Below, one piece after another: positions 50,821 to 51,271 of a stretch of 51,271 nt of DNA. The stretch is from contig PFND01000048.1 in assembly GCA_002791805.1 (NCBI GenBank), positions 1-51,271 of the forward strand. Direction: 5' to 3'. The position numbers and the translations under genes are program-made. Origin of the DNA: Alphaproteobacteria bacterium CG_4_10_14_0_8_um_filter_53_9. GTDB taxonomy: Bacteria; Pseudomonadota; Alphaproteobacteria; UBA2136; UBA6156. The stretch's first letter is position 1, and each line of letters starts with the position of its first letter. The notes beneath the pieces were generated by a model, which saw only the letters and a list, made by a program, of their open reading frames with translations, was not told where the DNA came from and did not search any database.

Positions 50821-51271
50821 ATGAAAATACTCCTTGACTGGCTCCTTGATTATATTGATTTGAACGAGGGTGTTACCCTTGCGACCCTTGCAAAAACCTT
50901 GATTGACCTTGGCCATGAAGTGGATGGTGTGGACGACCGTGCTGCGGCGTTTAACCACGTGGTTGTGGGCAAGATTTTAGACCGTGTGCCCCACCCCAAT
51001 GCCGACAAGCTTGGCGTGTGCACGGTGGATGTGGGTGAGGCTGCCCCCCGCACCATTGTGTGCGGCGCCCCCAACGCGCGTGCCGGCATTACTGTGGCGG
51101 TGGCGCTGCCCGGCGCCGAGCTTGCCGGTGGCTTTAAAATTGCCAGTACGGACAAGCGCGGGATTGTGAGCGACGGGATGATATGCTCGGTTGCGGAGCT
51201 GGGGCTTGGTGATGACCATGACGGTATTTGGGAAATGGACGATACGTTACCTGCTGCCACGCCTTTGACCG
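50821..51271 (+). CDS. pheT: Phenylalanine--tRNA ligase beta subunit, N-terminal part (runs off the window)
   Basis: The hand translation is MKILLDWLLDYIDLNEGVTLATLAKTLIDLGHEVDGV...VVVGKILDRVPHPNADKLGVCTVDVGE...RTIVCGAPNARAG. This is the PheT B1/tRNA-binding domain. There is no stop before the window end. Confidence 0.9.
   Translation, partial: MKILLDWLLDYIDLNEGVTLATLAKTLIDLGHEVDGVDDRAAAFNHVVVGKILDRVPHPNADKLGVCTVDVGEAAPRTIVCGAPNARAGITVAVALPGAELAGGFKIASTDKRGIVSDGMICSVAELGLGDDHDGIWEMDDTLPAATPLT

Noticed and set aside
1-51271. CRISPR arrays, rRNA genes, intact transposases or prophage structural genes
   Set aside because: On reading both strands I saw no regularly spaced direct repeats, no rRNA-length conserved RNA, no IS-type terminal inverted repeats flanking a transposase ORF, and no phage structural genes.

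Overview
This is a 51.3-kb chromosomal window whose gene content looks alphaproteobacterial. That is an inference from a 1-Cys DksA, IHF-beta, a host-attachment/baeRF-like protein, a BigR-type operon and DUF971; there is no rRNA gene in the window to confirm it.

Positions 1-27.9 kb and 40-51.3 kb are housekeeping:
- tsaD (partial), mltA and nth.
- A co-directional envelope-sugar cluster: GT1, a WecA/MraY-type transferase, galU and a UDP-sugar epimerase.
- dnaJ, dnaQ, hrcA-grpE-dnaK, rpsA and clpB.
- A beta-barrel OMP, a Cache-type MCP and a heparinase II/III-like protein.
- dksA and a long coupled operon ending in one ABC ATPase plus three tandem ABC-2 permeases.
- ihfB, ppa, accD, then rpmI-rplT-pheS-(mini-lipoprotein)-pheT (partial).

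Positions 27.9-39.9 kb are accessory or decaying:
- A frameshifted OMP pseudogene.
- A BigR-type sulfide-detox operon.
- A ~3.5-kb AT-richer island remnant next to tRNA-Ser(GGA), holding a truncated large serine recombinase and orphan genes.
- rlmJ.
- An AT-rich HpaII-like C5-MTase/REase cassette pressed against tRNA-Arg(CCG).

Main hunt results:
1. A lineage-specific CIRCE-like operator (TTnTCACTC-N9-GAGTGAnAA) sits at hrcA and clpB, with a weaker copy at dnaJ.
2. Four promoters place a -10 box 6-8 nt before an SD-less ATG, so these genes are leaderless-mRNA candidates.
3. A 14-nt exact copy of the 16S rRNA 3' terminus (or its complement), plus a second degenerate copy, lies inside a structured non-coding unit between clpB and the OMP gene.
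4. Mosaic direct repeats of the tRNA-Ser 3' junction delimit two ~3.5-kb modules.
5. An orphan gene set in the island is the best candidate for an undescribed toxin/immunity or defence-type module.
6. Further observations are tandem paralogous unknown proteins, Lys/Ala/Pro tails on S1 and L35, and a homopolymer frameshift in the OMP pseudogene.

All functional calls rest on my reading of the translations and motifs. No database search was run.
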